DNA of 63,922 nt, filler included, from Deltaproteobacteria bacterium (GTDB taxonomy: Bacteria > JAUYMQ01): NCBI GenBank assembly GCA_030698575.1. It is 7 parts of 7 records of this genome, joined end to end, with 100 filler letters (N's around TTAATTAATTAA, not from the genome) between each part and the next. Parts side by side here need not be neighbours in the genome. Positions count along the whole stretch, not along the records: positions 49,039 to 54,246 come from JAUYMQ010000350.1; positions 54,347 to 60,954 come from JAUYMQ010000357.1; 5 more parts are not named here. One strand, 5' to 3'. The position numbers were made by a program, and so were the translations under genes. Of this stretch, positions 49,040-58,403 are shown piece by piece; positions within the stretch are counted from its first letter, which is position 1; each line of letters begins with the position of its first letter. The notes under the pieces were generated by a model. That model made no database searches, was not told the origin of the DNA, and worked only from the letters and a program-made list of their open reading frames with translations.

Positions 49040-52000
49040 GGGACCGCGTCGTCGACGCTGGTGCGGAACGCCCCGGGGCACATCACGAACCGGACCGATT
49101 TTCGGGGGGTGCAGACGACCTGGGCCAATCACGACGTGGACGGAAGCCCGGGCACGGTGACCGAGGCGGTGGGCGAGCCCGAGCAGCGGACGACGACGTT
49201 CACGTACCACCCGGAGCTCCACACGGCGCTCTCGATCGTGCGCCCCAGCGCTCTGCCCGGCGGCACGCAGAAGGTCGCGATCTTCGACTACCAGAAGCCC
49301 GCATCGGGCCCGCCGCCTGACCCGCCGCTGAACCCGCCCGCGGACTTGGACCCAGCGACGTTCAACATTCCTGGGACGAACAACACAAACTTCGACCGCG
49401 TGGTGCACCGGGTGATCGAGAGTGGCTGGACACGGGATGCGGCGGGCACCCCGCTACGCGTGGCTTACGTCTCGCATTTTAGCTACGACGGCTTTGGGCG
49501 TGTGACCAGCATCGATGGGCCACGGGACAATACCGGGCCGGCGGGACCCGATGTGACGACGTTTGCCTACTACGCCGACAACGCGGCGCAGGGCAACAAG
49601 CGCGGGCAGTTGCAGACGGTCACGAACGCGGCTTCGCAGGTAACGGCCTTCAACGACTACGACGCCATGGGAAACGCGCTGTCGGTGACGGACCCCAACG
49701 GCCTCACGACGACCTTCACGTATGACGCGGGCAATCGGGTAAGGACCATCACGCAGGTGGGGGCCGGCGTCGATGGCGGTGGGCAGCCCATCGACCTCGT
49801 GACAACGTACGTCTACGAGGCGAACGGGAACCTCGACTACATCGCGCTCCCGCGGGGCAACTTCATCAACTACCAGTTTGACGGGGCCGATCGGCTCAGC
49901 TCCATCACGCGGACGGCGACCGAGCCCACGAGCCCCTCCGACACGCCGGCCGGGGAGACAATCCGGTACAGCTACGACAGCGAGGGAAACCGGACGCGCG
50001 AGGAGGTGGCGCCGGGGGTCTCCGCGCAAGAAGTCCGCTTCACCGACTTCGAGTACGACGCCCTGAACCGGCTCGAAAAGGTCTACAACCCGGTCTTCAC
50101 GAGCGACCCCGTGACCGACGCCGTCTTCCGGCGATCTACGTATGACGCCAACGGCAACCGCAAGGCCTTGGACCTGGAACAAGTCCAGGGGATGACCTCC
50201 ACGACGCTCCGCCACACGGCCTTCGCCTTTGATCCCCTGAACCGGCTGAAAGACGTAACCCAGGACGACGGCTCGCCTTCGGGGGTCCTGACCGCCTACG
50301 CCTACGACGTGCAGGACAACCTTCGAACCCTCACCGACGGCAACAACCACGACACGGACTACGGGACGGATGATTTCGGCCGCCAGGTCGAAGCGGTCTC
50401 GCCCGACACGGGGACGGCCCGGTTCGAGTACGACGAGGCCGGAAATCTGGTGGAGAAGGACCAGAACGGCCTCGTCACCGAGTACACCTACGACGCCCTG
50501 AACCGCCTGGCCCTCGTGCACTTTCCTTCTGATTCCTCGGAGGACCTTGCCTACACCTACGACACCCACGCCGACGCGCCGCCGAAGGAGAACGGCGTCG
50601 GGCGCCTCGTGCGGATCGAGGATGCCTCGGGGAAGACCTACTTCTCGTACGACAAGCGGGGAAACGTGGCCCTGGAGGAACGGCAGCAGGGCGGCGTGAC
50701 GCTCACAACGAGCTACGCCTGGGACCCGAACGGGAACCTGCAGAGCCTGACCTACCCCTCGGGGCGGAAGCTCACCTACAGCTACGCCCTCGCGAACGAC
50801 CAGCCCCAGACCGTGGCCATGAACCACCAGGGGCAGAACCGGACCCTGGCCTTCGGGATTGCCTTCGAGGCCTTCGGCCCCTTGGCCTCGCTCCAGTACG
50901 GAAACGGCCTGGTGGAGACCCGGACCTACGATGTGGCAGGCCAGCTCGATGGCCTGAGTGTGGCCCCCAATACAGGCCCCGCCGTGCTCTCGCTGGACTA
51001 CACCTTCGACGAGACGGGCAACATCTCCGGCATCGTCGACACGCAGGGTTCCGAGAAGAACAAGAGCTACATCTACGATCGTCTGGACCGCCTCGACACG
51101 GCGACCGTCGGAGATCTCGGGGATTTCGACTACGACTACGACCCCGTGGGGAACCGAACCCGGGAGGACCATGACGGGGCGGTCACGACCTATACGATCG
51201 AGGCCACGAACAACCAGATCGACACCCTCTCCGGGGCCACCACGGCGACCTTCGGCTATGACACCCATGGCAACACGACCACGGACGGGACGCTGACTTT
51301 CGCGTACCACCCGACGCATCAGTTGAAGCAGGTCCAGGAGCCGGGCATGGCGGTGCTGGGAACCTACCAGTACGACGGCCAGTCGCGGCGGACGGCCAAG
51401 ACCGTGCAGGGGCTGACGCGGCTCTTCGCCTACGACACGGGCGCGCAGATGCTGGGCGAGTATGACGCTGCGGGGAACGTGCTGAAGGAGTACGCCTACC
51501 TGGGGACGCAGCGGCTGGTGATGGTGGACCACGACCGGGACGATGAGGGCATCCGGGACGAGGTGGACAACTGCTCGGTCGTCCAGAACCCGGACCAGGC
51601 GGACGGGGACTCGGATCTTCTGGGGGATCTGTGCGATGCGGCCCCCGGAAATCCCGACCGGGACGGGGACGGGCTTCTGGATGGGGAAGAAGATGCCGAT
51701 AAGGATGGCCAGGTGAGCGCGGGAGAGACCGACCCCGACAACCCGGACACGGATGGGGACACGTTCAGTGATGGCGTTGAGGTGGCGGCGGGGACGGACC
51801 CGCTGGACCCGAATTCCTACCCGGGCGCGCCGTCCGCGATTCCAGCCCTCTCCGTCATGGGCGTGGTGATCTTCCTGGTTCTCTTTGCCGCGGGGCGGTT
51901 CTGGGCCCTCCGGCGGCGGTGGTCGAAGGTGGGGCGGGGCATGGATCTCATGGTGCTGGCGCTGGGCCTCACCCTCATGGCCCCGGAGGGGGTGACCCCG

Positions 52001-52945
52001 CAGGGCGGAGGTACGCCGGAGCGGGTGTACTACATTCACACGGACCACCTCGGAACGGCGCTGAAGCTGACCGATGCCAATCAGCAGGTGGCTTGGGATG
52101 CCCGAGCCGAGGCCTTCGGAAAGACGACGGTCACGGCCACGAACACGGTGTTCAACCTCCGCTTCCCGGGCCAGTACTATGATGCGGAGACGGGGCTGAC
52201 CCACAATGGCTTCCGGACGTATTCGTCCCAGCTTGGCGCTTACCTGCAGGCCGACCCGATTGGCGACGCTCTTACAGCAGCGACCGGGGTGACGGGTCTT
52301 CACTACGGGTACGCCGATGCCTCACCCACCGGGGTGATCGACCCCCTGGGGCTCGATGGGATTGCGCAGGGGGCATATGACTATTGGGAGGCCGTCGGGG
52401 TTGCGGGGGCAAGCCAGGGCGGGGTGCGCGGCACGGCGCAGATGGCCGCCGCCGCGTTCGCGCAGGCATCGATCGATTTCTTCCTGGCGCGGTGGATTGA
52501 ATCGGAGGCTGGGCTTGCCGGCTATGCCTACGGGCAACAGTGCTACGGGGAAGCGCTGAAGCACGGCGGCTACGCGGCGGGAGGCATTGCCCTTTCTTCG
52601 GGTGCCATCGGGTATGTCGTCCCCAAGATTCCCGGACTGTTTTCGAGAGCCGCAAGGGTGGGATCCCGCGTCGATCCTACACGGCTTAGCCATATTTTCC
52701 GCGATGCTCCAGGGCATGTGAACCCGTCGACGGTTGCGTCTCGCGAGCGGTTCCTTCGGCTATTCGAAGACGTAGCGTCGAATCCTCTAAACCGGCGTCC
52801 AGACTTCCCGCTACCGAAGGAGGCCGTGGAGGCGGGTGTTGAATCGTTCACGAAAACGTACCGAAGCGGGAAACAAATATGGGTGCTAACCCGGGATGGA
52901 AAGATCATCAACGCTGGCGTCAACCCAGGGGGTGCGATCCGATGA
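49040..52945 (+). CDS. RHS/YD-repeat polymorphic toxin (5' truncated) with inserted TSP3 repeats and membrane hairpin
   Basis: Many YD repeats, core motifs YYIHTDHLGT, NLRFPGQYYDAETGL, ADPIG and IDPLGL, then a C-terminal extension of about 196 aa. Confidence 0.93.
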   Translation, partial: GTASSTLVRNAPGHITNRTDFRGVQTTWANHDVDGSPGTVTEAVGEPEQRTTTFTYHPELHTALSIVRPSALPGGTQKVAIFDYQKPASGPPPDPPLNPPADLDPATFNIPGTNNTNFDRVVHRVIESGWTRDAAGTPLRVAYVSHFSYDGFGRVTSIDGPRDNTGPAGPDVTTFAYYADNAAQGNKRGQLQTVTNAASQVTAFNDYDAMGNALSVTDPNGLTTTFTYDAGNRVRTITQVGAGVDGGGQPIDLVTTYVYEANGNLDYIALPRGNFINYQFDGADRLSSITRTATEPTSPSDTPAGETIRYSYDSEGNRTREEVAPGVSAQEVRFTDFEYDALNRLEKVYNPVFTSDPVTDAVFRRSTYDANGNRKALDLEQVQGMTSTTLRHTAFAFDPLNRLKDVTQDDGSPSGVLTAYAYDVQDNLRTLTDGNNHDTDYGTDDFGRQVEAVSPDTGTARFEYDEAGNLVEKDQNGLVTEYTYDALNRLALVHFPSDSSEDLAYTYDTHADAPPKENGVGRLVRIEDASGKTYFSYDKRGNVALEERQQGGVTLTTSYAWDPNGNLQSLTYPSGRKLTYSYALANDQPQTVAMNHQGQNRTLAFGIAFEAFGPLASLQYGNGLVETRTYDVAGQLDGLSVAPNTGPAVLSLDYTFDETGNISGIVDTQGSEKNKSYIYDRLDRLDTATVGDLGDFDYDYDPVGNRTREDHDGAVTTYTIEATNNQIDTLSGATTATFGYDTHGNTTTDGTLTFAYHPTHQLKQVQEPGMAVLGTYQYDGQSRRTAKTVQGLTRLFAYDTGAQMLGEYDAAGNVLKEYAYLGTQRLVMVDHDRDDEGIRDEVDNCSVVQNPDQADGDSDLLGDLCDAAPGNPDRDGDGLLDGEEDADKDGQVSAGETDPDNPDTDGDTFSDGVEVAAGTDPLDPNSYPGAPSAIPALSVMGVVIFLVLFAAGRFWALRRRWSKVGRGMDLMVLALGLTLMAPEGVTPQGGGTPERVYYIHTDHLGTALKLTDANQQVAWDARAEAFGKTTVTATNTVFNLRFPGQYYDAETGLTHNGFRTYSSQLGAYLQADPIGDALTAATGVTGLHYGYADASPTGVIDPLGLDGIAQGAYDYWEAVGVAGASQGGVRGTAQMAAAAFAQASIDFFLARWIESEAGLAGYAYGQQCYGEALKHGGYAAGGIALSSGAIGYVVPKIPGLFSRAARVGSRVDPTRLSHIFRDAPGHVNPSTVASRERFLRLFEDVASNPLNRRPDFPLPKEAVEAGVESFTKTYRSGKQIWVLTRDGKIINAGVNPGGAIR

Positions 52946-53460
52946 GCGCATTGGCGAACGCCCTGGCACTCGATACAGCGCAAGACCTCCCTGCTGCAGC
53001 TCGGGAATACGAGCGGGCGGTCAGGGACGTAGGGGCGACATTGGAAACGTATTTGAATCTGGCGGTTCTCTATTTCGTACTCGTGGATCCTGGGGAGGCC
53101 AGCACGCGAGGATTGTCCGCTGACTTCGTGAATGCGGCATGGCGACGAGCAACTGAGCTGCTCGAAGAAGCTTCTGACCGTTTTGGTTCGAACTCCGAGA
53201 TCGAGTTCTGGAAGAGATACTTCCGCTTCGTTGTTGTCGGGGATGCGTTTCTTCCAGAGGAGTGCGAAGAGCTTGCAAAAAGTGGAGGCTCGCTCGTCCC
53301 TTACTTCTTCCTTTCTTCCGCTTGTGATGATAACCGATATTGTGAGCAGACGGAGGTACTTCGCGAACAAGTCCGTGCCCGCGAGACGGCTAGACAGCGA
53401 TACGTTTATGATATGCTGCAAAAGGCGCGAGGTCGATCTCGCCAGAGGTCGAAGTCATGA
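52942..53460 (+). CDS. Putative cognate immunity protein (TPR-like helical)
   Basis: ATGA overlap with the RHS stop, lower GC, and a helical AAAREYE...YLNLAVLYF segment. Confidence 0.75.
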   Translation: MSALANALALDTAQDLPAAAREYERAVRDVGATLETYLNLAVLYFVLVDPGEASTRGLSADFVNAAWRRATELLEEASDRFGSNSEIEFWKRYFRFVVVGDAFLPEECEELAKSGGSLVPYFFLSSACDDNRYCEQTEVLREQVRARETARQRYVYDMLQKARGRSRQRSKS

Positions 53461-53570
53461 TCCTGGTCTGACATAGACCCTTTCCTCATCCTTCTCCGCC
53501 GAGCCGAAGGCCCGCTGCATCCGCGCACGCCAATCGGGCCTTGGGCCGACGTGGTCCTCCGCTGCTTCCG

Positions 53571-54246
53571 TGTCCAGCTCAAAAACTCTATCTGCCCACT
53601 TTTGGAACAGGATCTTGAGACCCGGACATGCGGAGTGGCTCGGTTCAGTGCCTGGCCTTCGGTATGGGAATCGCGTGCATAGGGTGATCGGGTGGGCGGA
53701 CGTATCCGACCAAGCGATACGAGGCAATCGGCTGGTAGGACCTCAGGCCGCGCGCCCGTACCGGTGATGAAGGCCGCCCACCTGGGGGATGGCGATGACG
53801 CGTCCCCGGGACGGCGGCTCTATGTTCCTGGGAACGGGGGCGTTCCTCTGGAGCGAGATGTGAGGGCGCGCCCGATCGTAATAATGGAGGTAGCTCTTGA
53901 GAACCCTGCGAAGGTGATTCTCGCCGAACACGATGACGTGGTCCAGACACTCCCGCCGGATGGAACCGATCACCCTTTCCACGAATGGATTTTGCCAGGG
54001 CGACTTCCGGCTCGTGATGATCTCCCGAATGCCCATGTTCTGGAGCCGTCGGCGGAACCAATCCCCGTAGATACCGTCCCGATCCCGAACGAGGAACCTG
54101 GGGATCGGCTCATCGTCTGGGAACGCCTCGACCATCTGCTGGGCTGTCCACTCGGCCGTGGGATGCTCGGTCACGTTGAAGTGCACGATGCGTCGGCGGT
54201 CGTGGGAAAGGACGAGGAAGCAATACAGGACGCGAAACGTGGCCGT
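53571..54246 (-). mobile_element. IS481/IS3-like insertion sequence, partial
   Basis: Integrase-core transposase plus a probable terminus TGTCCAGCTCAAAAACTCTATCTGC starting with TGT at 53571. The other end is cut by the contig break. Confidence 0.7.
53743..54246 (-). CDS. Integrase-core (rve) DDE transposase, 5' truncated
   Basis: HFNVTEHPTAEWTAQQ, RDRDGIYG, SPWQNPFVERVIGSIRRECLDH, RPHISL, GGLHHRY. Confidence 0.9.
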   Translation of the reverse strand, partial: TATFRVLYCFLVLSHDRRRIVHFNVTEHPTAEWTAQQMVEAFPDDEPIPRFLVRDRDGIYGDWFRRRLQNMGIREIITSRKSPWQNPFVERVIGSIRRECLDHVIVFGENHLRRVLKSYLHYYDRARPHISLQRNAPVPRNIEPPSRGRVIAIPQVGGLHHRYGRAA

Positions 54247-54346
54247 NNNNNNNNNNNNNNNNNNNNNNNNNNNNNNNNNNNNNNNNNNNNTTAATTAATT
54301 AANNNNNNNNNNNNNNNNNNNNNNNNNNNNNNNNNNNNNNNNNNNN
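54247..54346. other. Artificial contig spacer
   Basis: N44-TTAATTAATTAA-N44. Confidence 0.99.
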
Positions 54347-54615
54347 AAGCCACGCCCTTCCCGCGTCAGCACGTAGCCCCCTTCCTCGCGGAGTACGACC
54401 ACCCCCGCCTCCCGGAGTTCCGTCAGCCTCTGATTGAGAACGCTCGGCGACATCGCGTCACACCGGTCGCGCAGATCCCGAAACGTCGGTGTCTCCTCCC
54501 GCAGCTCCCAGAGAATTCGGAGCGTCCAGCGGCGGCCCAGCAGATCCAGGAGCGCCATGATCGGGCGCCCCGTGCGGGAGCCCCTGACGCGCTTTCCCGG
54601 TTGAGGCACGGCCAT
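54347..54615 (-). CDS. HxlR-family winged-helix regulator, 3' truncated
   Basis: GRPIMALLDLLGRRWTLRILWEL, SPSVLNQRLTELREAG. AAGGAG RBS. Confidence 0.88.
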
Positions 54616-54650
54616 AACCACTCCTTTTTCCTTCAGGCATTTCCCCTGGC

Positions 54651-54695
54651 GCTACGGATTTCGTAGTGCTAGGCTGTTGCTACTGAATCCGAAGC
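54651..54695. promoter_or_regulatory. Two candidate operator palindromes (GCTACG-N5-CGTAGC consensus)
   Basis: GCTACGGATTTCGTAGT (54651-54667) and GCTACTGAATCCGAAGC (54679-54695) between the divergent HxlR and CMD genes. Confidence 0.6.
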
Positions 54696-54793
54696 GGAGC
54701 TTAGGCTACAAGCGGCCCCGGCGCAAGTGACAGCCGTGGCCATCCGCCGGCGCCAACATCCGGGACCGCTGCCCCGGCAAAAAGGAGGAATCC

Positions 54794-55363
54794 ATGCCCC
54801 CCGCAGGAAGGTCGCCGAGAATCACGCCCGTCGAGCCCCCTTACGATCCCGAGGTGGGGCTCGATCTCGAGAAGCTCATGCCGCCCGGCATCCCGCCGCT
54901 CAGCATCTTCAGGACGATCGCGAATCACCCGCGGCTCCTCAGGAAGTTCAGGCTGACGGCGCCGGCGTTCTTTGCCAAGGGGCTTCTAGATCCGAAGGAC
55001 CGGGAGCTGATCATTCACCGCGCATGTGCGCGCTGCGGCGCCGAGTACGAGTGGGGAGTGCACGTGGCGGCTTTCTCGCGCCCCATGGGTTTCAGCGAGG
55101 CGTGGATCCACGCCACCGTGCACGCCACTGCCGACGACCCTGTCTGGTCGGAGCGCGAGGCGCTGCTTGTGCGGATGGTCGACGAACTTCACGACACGGG
55201 CGACGTCTCCGACGATCTCTGGAAGGCCCTGGCCGCGCGCTGGGACGTGACCCAGCTCGTGGAACTGGTCATCCTTGCGGGGCAGTACCACCTCATCTCG
55301 TTCGTCGTGAACGCATTTTGAATCGAGTTCGAGGAAGGCGCGCCCCCGTTCCCGCCCGCCTGA
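54794..55363 (+). CDS. Carboxymuconolactone decarboxylase/AhpD-family protein with in-frame TGA at 55319-55321
   Basis: FRTIANHPRL, RELIIHR.C..CGAEYEWGVH, ELVILAGQYH. 13 more in-frame codons (IEFEEGAPPFPPA) follow the TGA. Confidence 0.8.
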
Positions 55364-55478
55364 CGCCTTCCGCCCGAGCAGGGCTGCGGCGGCCCGCCAC
55401 GTTCCGCGGGGCGGCCCTTTACGAAAGGGGTCTGCCTCCTTTATTCTGGCCGCGGGTTCATGAATTCGGGGAGGGACG

Positions 55479-55865
55479 ATGCTGCTGCGCGCAATCTGGT
55501 TCCTGGTTCTAGGCTGGTGGTTCGGTGCGATCTGGGCGGCGCTTGCCTACCTCTTCTGCCTCTCGATCATCGGGCTGCCCATCGGCGTGCTCATGCTCAA
55601 CCGGCTGCCGCGGGTGCTCACCCTGAAGCCGCTCGAGACGGAGCCCATGCACACGATGCGGGAAGGCAAGCCCGCAACGGTCGAGGTCCCGGCGGAAGAG
55701 TACCCCTTCATCCTGCGCGCGCTGTGGTTCTTCGTGCTGGGCTGGGAGATCGCGGGCTTCGCCCTCATCATCGGCTATCTGCTCTGTCTGACGATCCTGG
55801 GCATCCCGGCCGGCCTGTGGATACTGAACCGCGTCCCGCTGGTCATGACGCTGAAACGCGCCTGA
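55479..55865 (+). CDS. YccF-domain membrane protein (internal duplication)
   Basis: Two copies of LRA.WF.VLGW....CL.I.G.P.G...LNR.P.V.TLK. Confidence 0.8.
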   Translation: MLLRAIWFLVLGWWFGAIWAALAYLFCLSIIGLPIGVLMLNRLPRVLTLKPLETEPMHTMREGKPATVEVPAEEYPFILRALWFFVLGWEIAGFALIIGYLLCLTILGIPAGLWILNRVPLVMTLKRA

Positions 55866-55933
55866 GCGTCGGCGCATCACATGCGGTAGTCGCGTGCACG
55901 CCGCGCCGCGCCCGACAAGGGAGGTACCGCCCG

Positions 55934-56707
55934 ATGGCAACGTCGATCGGAACGCTGGCCTGGGTGCGCGAGACCGGCGGCCGCATGCGTCCGCGCGACG
56001 TGCTGGGACAACTCGGGCGTGCCCTCGTCGATCAGGCGCGATTGTTCCCGCCGCAGCTGCTCTTCCGCCTGGGGCTTTCGAGACCCCGCCCGCTCGCCCT
56101 CGATCCGCGTGACATCAAGGCGCCCGATTCCCGCGTGGCGCTCGAAGCCGAGCAGATGTGCCGCGAGGCGGCGCCGCCTTTCCTGCTCAACCACTGCCTG
56201 CGCACCTACCTCTGGGGCCGGTTGCTCGCAGCGGCCAACGGCCTCACGCTCGACGATGAGCTTTTTTACGTCGCGAGTCTCCTGCACGACCAGGGGCTAA
56301 TCGACAAGTACGCCGGACCCGAGCCCGGCGTGGAGTGCTTCACGCTGATCAGCGCCGGCGCGGCGCGAAACCTGGCCGGCAAGTCGGGTTGGCCGCAGGC
56401 GCGGCAGGACGCGCTCAGCGAGTCCATCACGCTCCATCTCAACGTGCGCGTCGGACTCGAGAACGGAACGGAGGCGCACCTCCTCAATGCTTCCACGGTG
56501 GTGGATGTGCTGGGCCTGCGGCTGTGGGAGATTCCCGCCGAGGCGCGCGCCGCGGTGCTCGAACGCTACCCGCGCCTGGGCGTGAAGAAAGGGATTGCGG
56601 AACGCTGGACGGAGGAGGGGCGAGTGCGCCCGCATGGGCGCGCGCGCTTCCTGAGCCGTTATCTGCTGTTCGATCTGCTCGTGCGGATGGCGCCCTACAG
56701 GGAATAG
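55934..56707 (+). CDS. HD-domain hydrolase (cyanamide-hydratase-like)
   Basis: LNHCLRTY, ASLLHD.GL, ITLH, VLERYPRLG. Confidence 0.78.
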   Translation: MATSIGTLAWVRETGGRMRPRDVLGQLGRALVDQARLFPPQLLFRLGLSRPRPLALDPRDIKAPDSRVALEAEQMCREAAPPFLLNHCLRTYLWGRLLAAANGLTLDDELFYVASLLHDQGLIDKYAGPEPGVECFTLISAGAARNLAGKSGWPQARQDALSESITLHLNVRVGLENGTEAHLLNASTVVDVLGLRLWEIPAEARAAVLERYPRLGVKKGIAERWTEEGRVRPHGRARFLSRYLLFDLLVRMAPYRE

Positions 56708-56734
56708 CCGGAACGACCCGCTTCCCCCGCCGGC

Positions 56735-57583
56735 CTATGCGGTCGGGCGCTTGTAGAACTCGATGGGCGTGTTGTTCGTGCCTTCGGGGCCGACGAGCCC
56801 CACGTCGAGGCCCCCGGCCGACTTCGTCCGCGTCACAGTGAGCCCCGCGTTCTCCAGGCGCTTCGCCGCCGCCGTGAAATCACTCACCTCGATTCCAATC
56901 AGGAAGAGCCCCTCGCCGCTCTTCTCGAGCCGTCTCGCAAGCAGCGCCGCAGGCTTCGCGCCCGAAGGGGCCATGAGGGCGATGACGGCGCGGCCGACGG
57001 GGTGAAAGGCCACGCGCACGCCGCGTGCGGCATCCTCAATCTTCGCCGCGCAGGGGAGATCGAAGTGCGCGCCGAAGACGGCCGAAGCCTGGCTCTCGTC
57101 ATTCACGGCAACGCCCGCGGTGTGAAGCCGGATGAACGGTCCTTGCGGCGGATGTAACTCGGGGGGCGCATCCTCCGGGAAGGGGGTGGCGTACTCGACG
57201 AGCGTGCCGTGATTGGCCTTCGGGTGGAGGAAGCCGATCATCCCGGCGAGCCCCTTCCTGGGCGCCTTGTCGATGAGCGGGATTCCCTTCGCCTCCGCCT
57301 CCTTCAGGGCGCCGCTCACGTCATCGGTCTGGAAACAGACGTGGTGCAGCCCCTCGCCGCGCTTTTCGAGAAATTTCGCCACACCGCCGTTCTCGTTCAC
57401 GGGTTCGAGCAGCTCGATCTCGCTCTCGCCGCAGGGGAGGAGCGCGGCGGAGACGCCCTGATCGGGCACCACCGCGGTCTTCGATACGGCGAGCTGGAGG
57501 GTGTCGCGCCAGAAGCCGTAAGCCTTCTCGAGATTCCGGACGACGATTCCGACGTGATGGATACGGGTAAAAGAGCTTGGCAT
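56735..57583 (-). CDS. mce: Methylmalonyl-CoA epimerase with a second degenerate VOC domain
   Basis: IHHVGIVV, EIELLEP, KFLEKRGEGLHHVCF, FLHPKANHGTLVE, followed by a second glyoxalase-like repeat. Confidence 0.85.
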   Translation of the reverse strand: MPSSFTRIHHVGIVVRNLEKAYGFWRDTLQLAVSKTAVVPDQGVSAALLPCGESEIELLEPVNENGGVAKFLEKRGEGLHHVCFQTDDVSGALKEAEAKGIPLIDKAPRKGLAGMIGFLHPKANHGTLVEYATPFPEDAPPELHPPQGPFIRLHTAGVAVNDESQASAVFGAHFDLPCAAKIEDAARGVRVAFHPVGRAVIALMAPSGAKPAALLARRLEKSGEGLFLIGIEVSDFTAAAKRLENAGLTVTRTKSAGGLDVGLVGPEGTNNTPIEFYKRPTA

Positions 57584-57784
57584 GCGTGCGGCAACCTCCT
57601 GTCCGTGGGTGAGCGTGGCGCGCCCATCTTGCGAGAATCGGCCTGCGTCCGCAAGTGGGGTCAGGCATGACTTGTTGACTTATGCGAAACTTGCTCCCGG
57701 CGACGTAACGCCCTTTGACGAACGATGCCCTCCGGCGATAGAAAGGTAACAATCCAACAAGTCACGAAAGCCAGGCCTGATCCC

Positions 57785-58288
57785 ATGATTGACCTCTACC
57801 TTTTCCGGCACGGTGACGCCGACCCGCGGGGTCCCGACGGCAGCGATGCCACGCGGGCGCTCACCGACCGGGGCCGGATCGAGGTGCGCGAGGCCGCCCG
57901 CGGCCTGGTGCGGCTGGGTGTGGAGCTCGACGTCGTTCTGACGAGCCCGCTCGTCCGCGCGCGCGAGACCGCTGCGATCGCCAGCGAGGTGCTTCGCCCC
58001 GCCGGCGGCACGCACCTCTGCGACGCGCTCGGCCCCGGCGGCTCGGACGCGGCCCTGTTCGACGAAATCGCAGCACAACAGGGCGGGCGCGTCATGCTCG
58101 TGGGGCACATCCCGCAGCTTTACGAGCTGGCGAGCGTCATGGTGTGGGGCCGGCCGGAGGGGGCCATCGTGCTCAAGAAGGCGGGGCTCATCCGCGTTGT
58201 CACGCAGGGGCTTCCCCCGTCGGCGCGCGGCGAGCTTCACTGATTGCTCACGGCCGATCAACTGGGGCGCATCGCGGGCGCGCCCTGA
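57785..58288 (+). CDS. sixA: SixA phosphohistidine phosphatase with in-frame TGA at 58241-58243
   Basis: LFRHGDA, SPLVRARETA, VGHIP, LKKAG. The frame continues LLTADQL after the TGA. Confidence 0.8.
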
Positions 58289-58403
58289 CCTTGCCCGCAC
58301 GTCCTCACCCGCACGTCCTGTTCCGCACGCGCTTGTTCGAACGCCCCTGGATTGGCGCGGCGCCGGGGCGCGTGATAGCGTGACTGGGGGAAGGAGACAG
58401 CCG

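Noticed and set aside
49454-52303. Long antisense ORFs (949 aa here; also 24322-25938, 57680-59650, 13287-14855, 46731-48137, 63354-63908)
   Set aside because: Stop-poor shadow frames typical of high-GC coding DNA, each opposite a well-supported gene.
53692-54294. Plus-strand 200-aa ORF opposite the transposase
   Set aside because: Antisense shadow of the integrase-core gene.
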